This document shows positions 62,630 through 64,000 of a stretch of 64,000 nucleotides of DNA, in pieces. Below the pieces are notes generated by a model. It did no database searches and had not been told where the DNA came from. It worked only from the letters and a program-made list of their open reading frames with translations. The translations under genes were made by a program, and so were the position numbers. The stretch comes from Azolla caroliniana (lineage: Eukaryota > Plantae > Polypodiophyta): positions 6,634,001-6,698,000 of the forward strand of contig JBHGNT010000015.1 of assembly GCA_043228905.1 (NCBI GenBank), written 5' to 3'. Numbering within the stretch: position 1 is the stretch's first letter; each line of letters opens with the position of its first letter.

Positions 62630-64000
62630 AGAAGAGGTCGTTGCCTCTGTTGTAACTGCCACCTGTGGTGAAGATAGCAAGCTCGAGGTCGTTGCCTCGG
62701 TGCTCTACTATTGTACATTCTGATATAGTGATAGTTTGCAGTCTGTGGGCTGCTGTGGTTTTTCCCTAGTTTGGGTTTTCCACATTAACATCCTGTATAC
62801 TCTTCTCTTCACTATTTCGTGCGTTCATTATCCGTTTTCTTTGTTTTATCCTAGGCTCGGTTGTGGCCGAGCGTTGTTCATCGGGAGCGTGTGTTCCTGT
62901 CAAACATCGCCAGGAAACTCACTATAGATACAATCACCAACTCATCAATTCAGAAGAAGCTTGACCTGTCATCGCTCGGAGAAAGACATTTTGAGATTCC
63001 TCCTACGGAAACCTTGCAAAGATATTTCAGGGCATATTCAACATCCGCCAAGGCATACAAGACGAAGGAAATCTCCGATCCCTTCTTCCGCGAAATAGCC
63101 AAGTCCTTGTTGGAAGTTGGATGCGTGCATGTAAATGCCTATGGGATGCCAAAACAGAAGGCAGGCATCATCATTGATACATTCGAAAGGTGCACGGTCG
63201 ATTGGGGGGTTATTACGGGACCATCGTTACGGGAAGGCCTGTACGCGTATCAAGGCGGCAAAAAGCTAAGGCCAATAATACAACAGTATCTGACGATACT
63301 ATTCCCACCCCGGGGTCTGCCCGTACCACAACCCAACAAGCCCACGCCGCCACCTTGTTCCGCGAAACGGAGGTTAGCGGAATTGGCCAGCACAGAATGG
63401 GAGGATGAAACCCAATCGGCCTAGCCCAGCATGCGGACAACACATGAAGAACGACCGGAGCGCAGGGAAGAAGCCCCGCAGGAGCAGGAAGCCGAGCAAT
63501 GTCAAGAAAGCCCGCGGCCGAAACAACGGAGGCTGGACAGGAAGGATGGGCGCGGATTAGTTAAAGACACACTCGCGGCCACACAGACGAGCGTCGTAGC
63601 TACGGAGACCAACACCACTTTCGAAATAATCCGGGAACCACGGCCGATCATTACGGCCCAATCTCAGTGGGGGAAAGGCTTATTTACGGCAGAAAGTGAG
63701 GTCCTAAAGTATCCGGACATTCCAGACACAACCCACGAGTTCGGCACACTATTACAGTTCGGCACTACTTACGAACTCATGGAATTTTTGGCAACGCAAC
63801 AAATAAAAGTCTCACAACGAATGGTCGAGGAGCACGCGGAGCAACAAATGATTGAGCGCGCGCTAACACAAACGACGGAAAGCGATGATGAGGGGCCGCT
63901 AGCTAGACTAGGCAGACAACGGAATGTCGGGATACACCGAATGGGAATTGAACTACCCCCATTAAACACGGCCCTCATCGAGGTTCATAGGGAACTGGCA

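Larger units (their letters stand above)
51679..62902 (+). mobile_element. Element A: full-length decayed Ty1/copia (Tnt1/Tork-like). LTRs 51679-52315 and 62054-62902
   Basis: TG...CA LTRs, TSD GACAT/AACAT, PBS TGGTATCAGAGC at 52319-52330, PPT at 62042-62053. Order is gag (CFYCGKPGHFQKNC), protease (VVDSGAS), integrase, RT (LYVDD), RNase H, with stops and frameshifts. Confidence 0.95.
51572..64000 (+). pseudogene. Uncharacterised ORF split by element A (51572-51678 joined to 62908-64000 and beyond), probably a TE accessory gene
   Basis: Removing element A and one TSD joins ...HPEALD|IARKLTID... in frame. There is a single TAG at 63422, then the frame stays open to the window end. Confidence 0.65.

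Overview
Land-plant nuclear DNA, rich in microsatellites and transposable elements. It looks like a non-seed plant such as a fern, but that is inference only. There are two intact host genes in tail-to-tail orientation. One is an HMG-CoA lyase (+ strand, ~3.7-22.3 kb, C-terminal PTS1 SKM) with an 11.4-kb intron full of nested LINEs and solo LTRs. The other is an 11-exon CER3/WAX2-type cuticular wax gene (- strand, 42317-36632, 624 aa). Between them lie a 214-bp satellite, nested hAT-type elements, LINE fragments and a hierarchical array of 13 AGGTCA-N4-TGACCT palindromes. The last 18 kb is a nest of Ty1/copia elements: an intact, very young 1344-aa element sits inside an older one, which in turn splits an uncharacterised ORF of about 400 codons or more. 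The most striking observation is a near full-length two-ORF LINE (RTEX-like, with a 3' stem-loop and (TTTC)n tail). Its ORF1 is interrupted by a 660-nt GT-AG segment whose removal restores the reading frame exactly, which suggests a retrotransposon carrying a retained spliceosomal intron. All coordinates were read by eye and no database searches were run.
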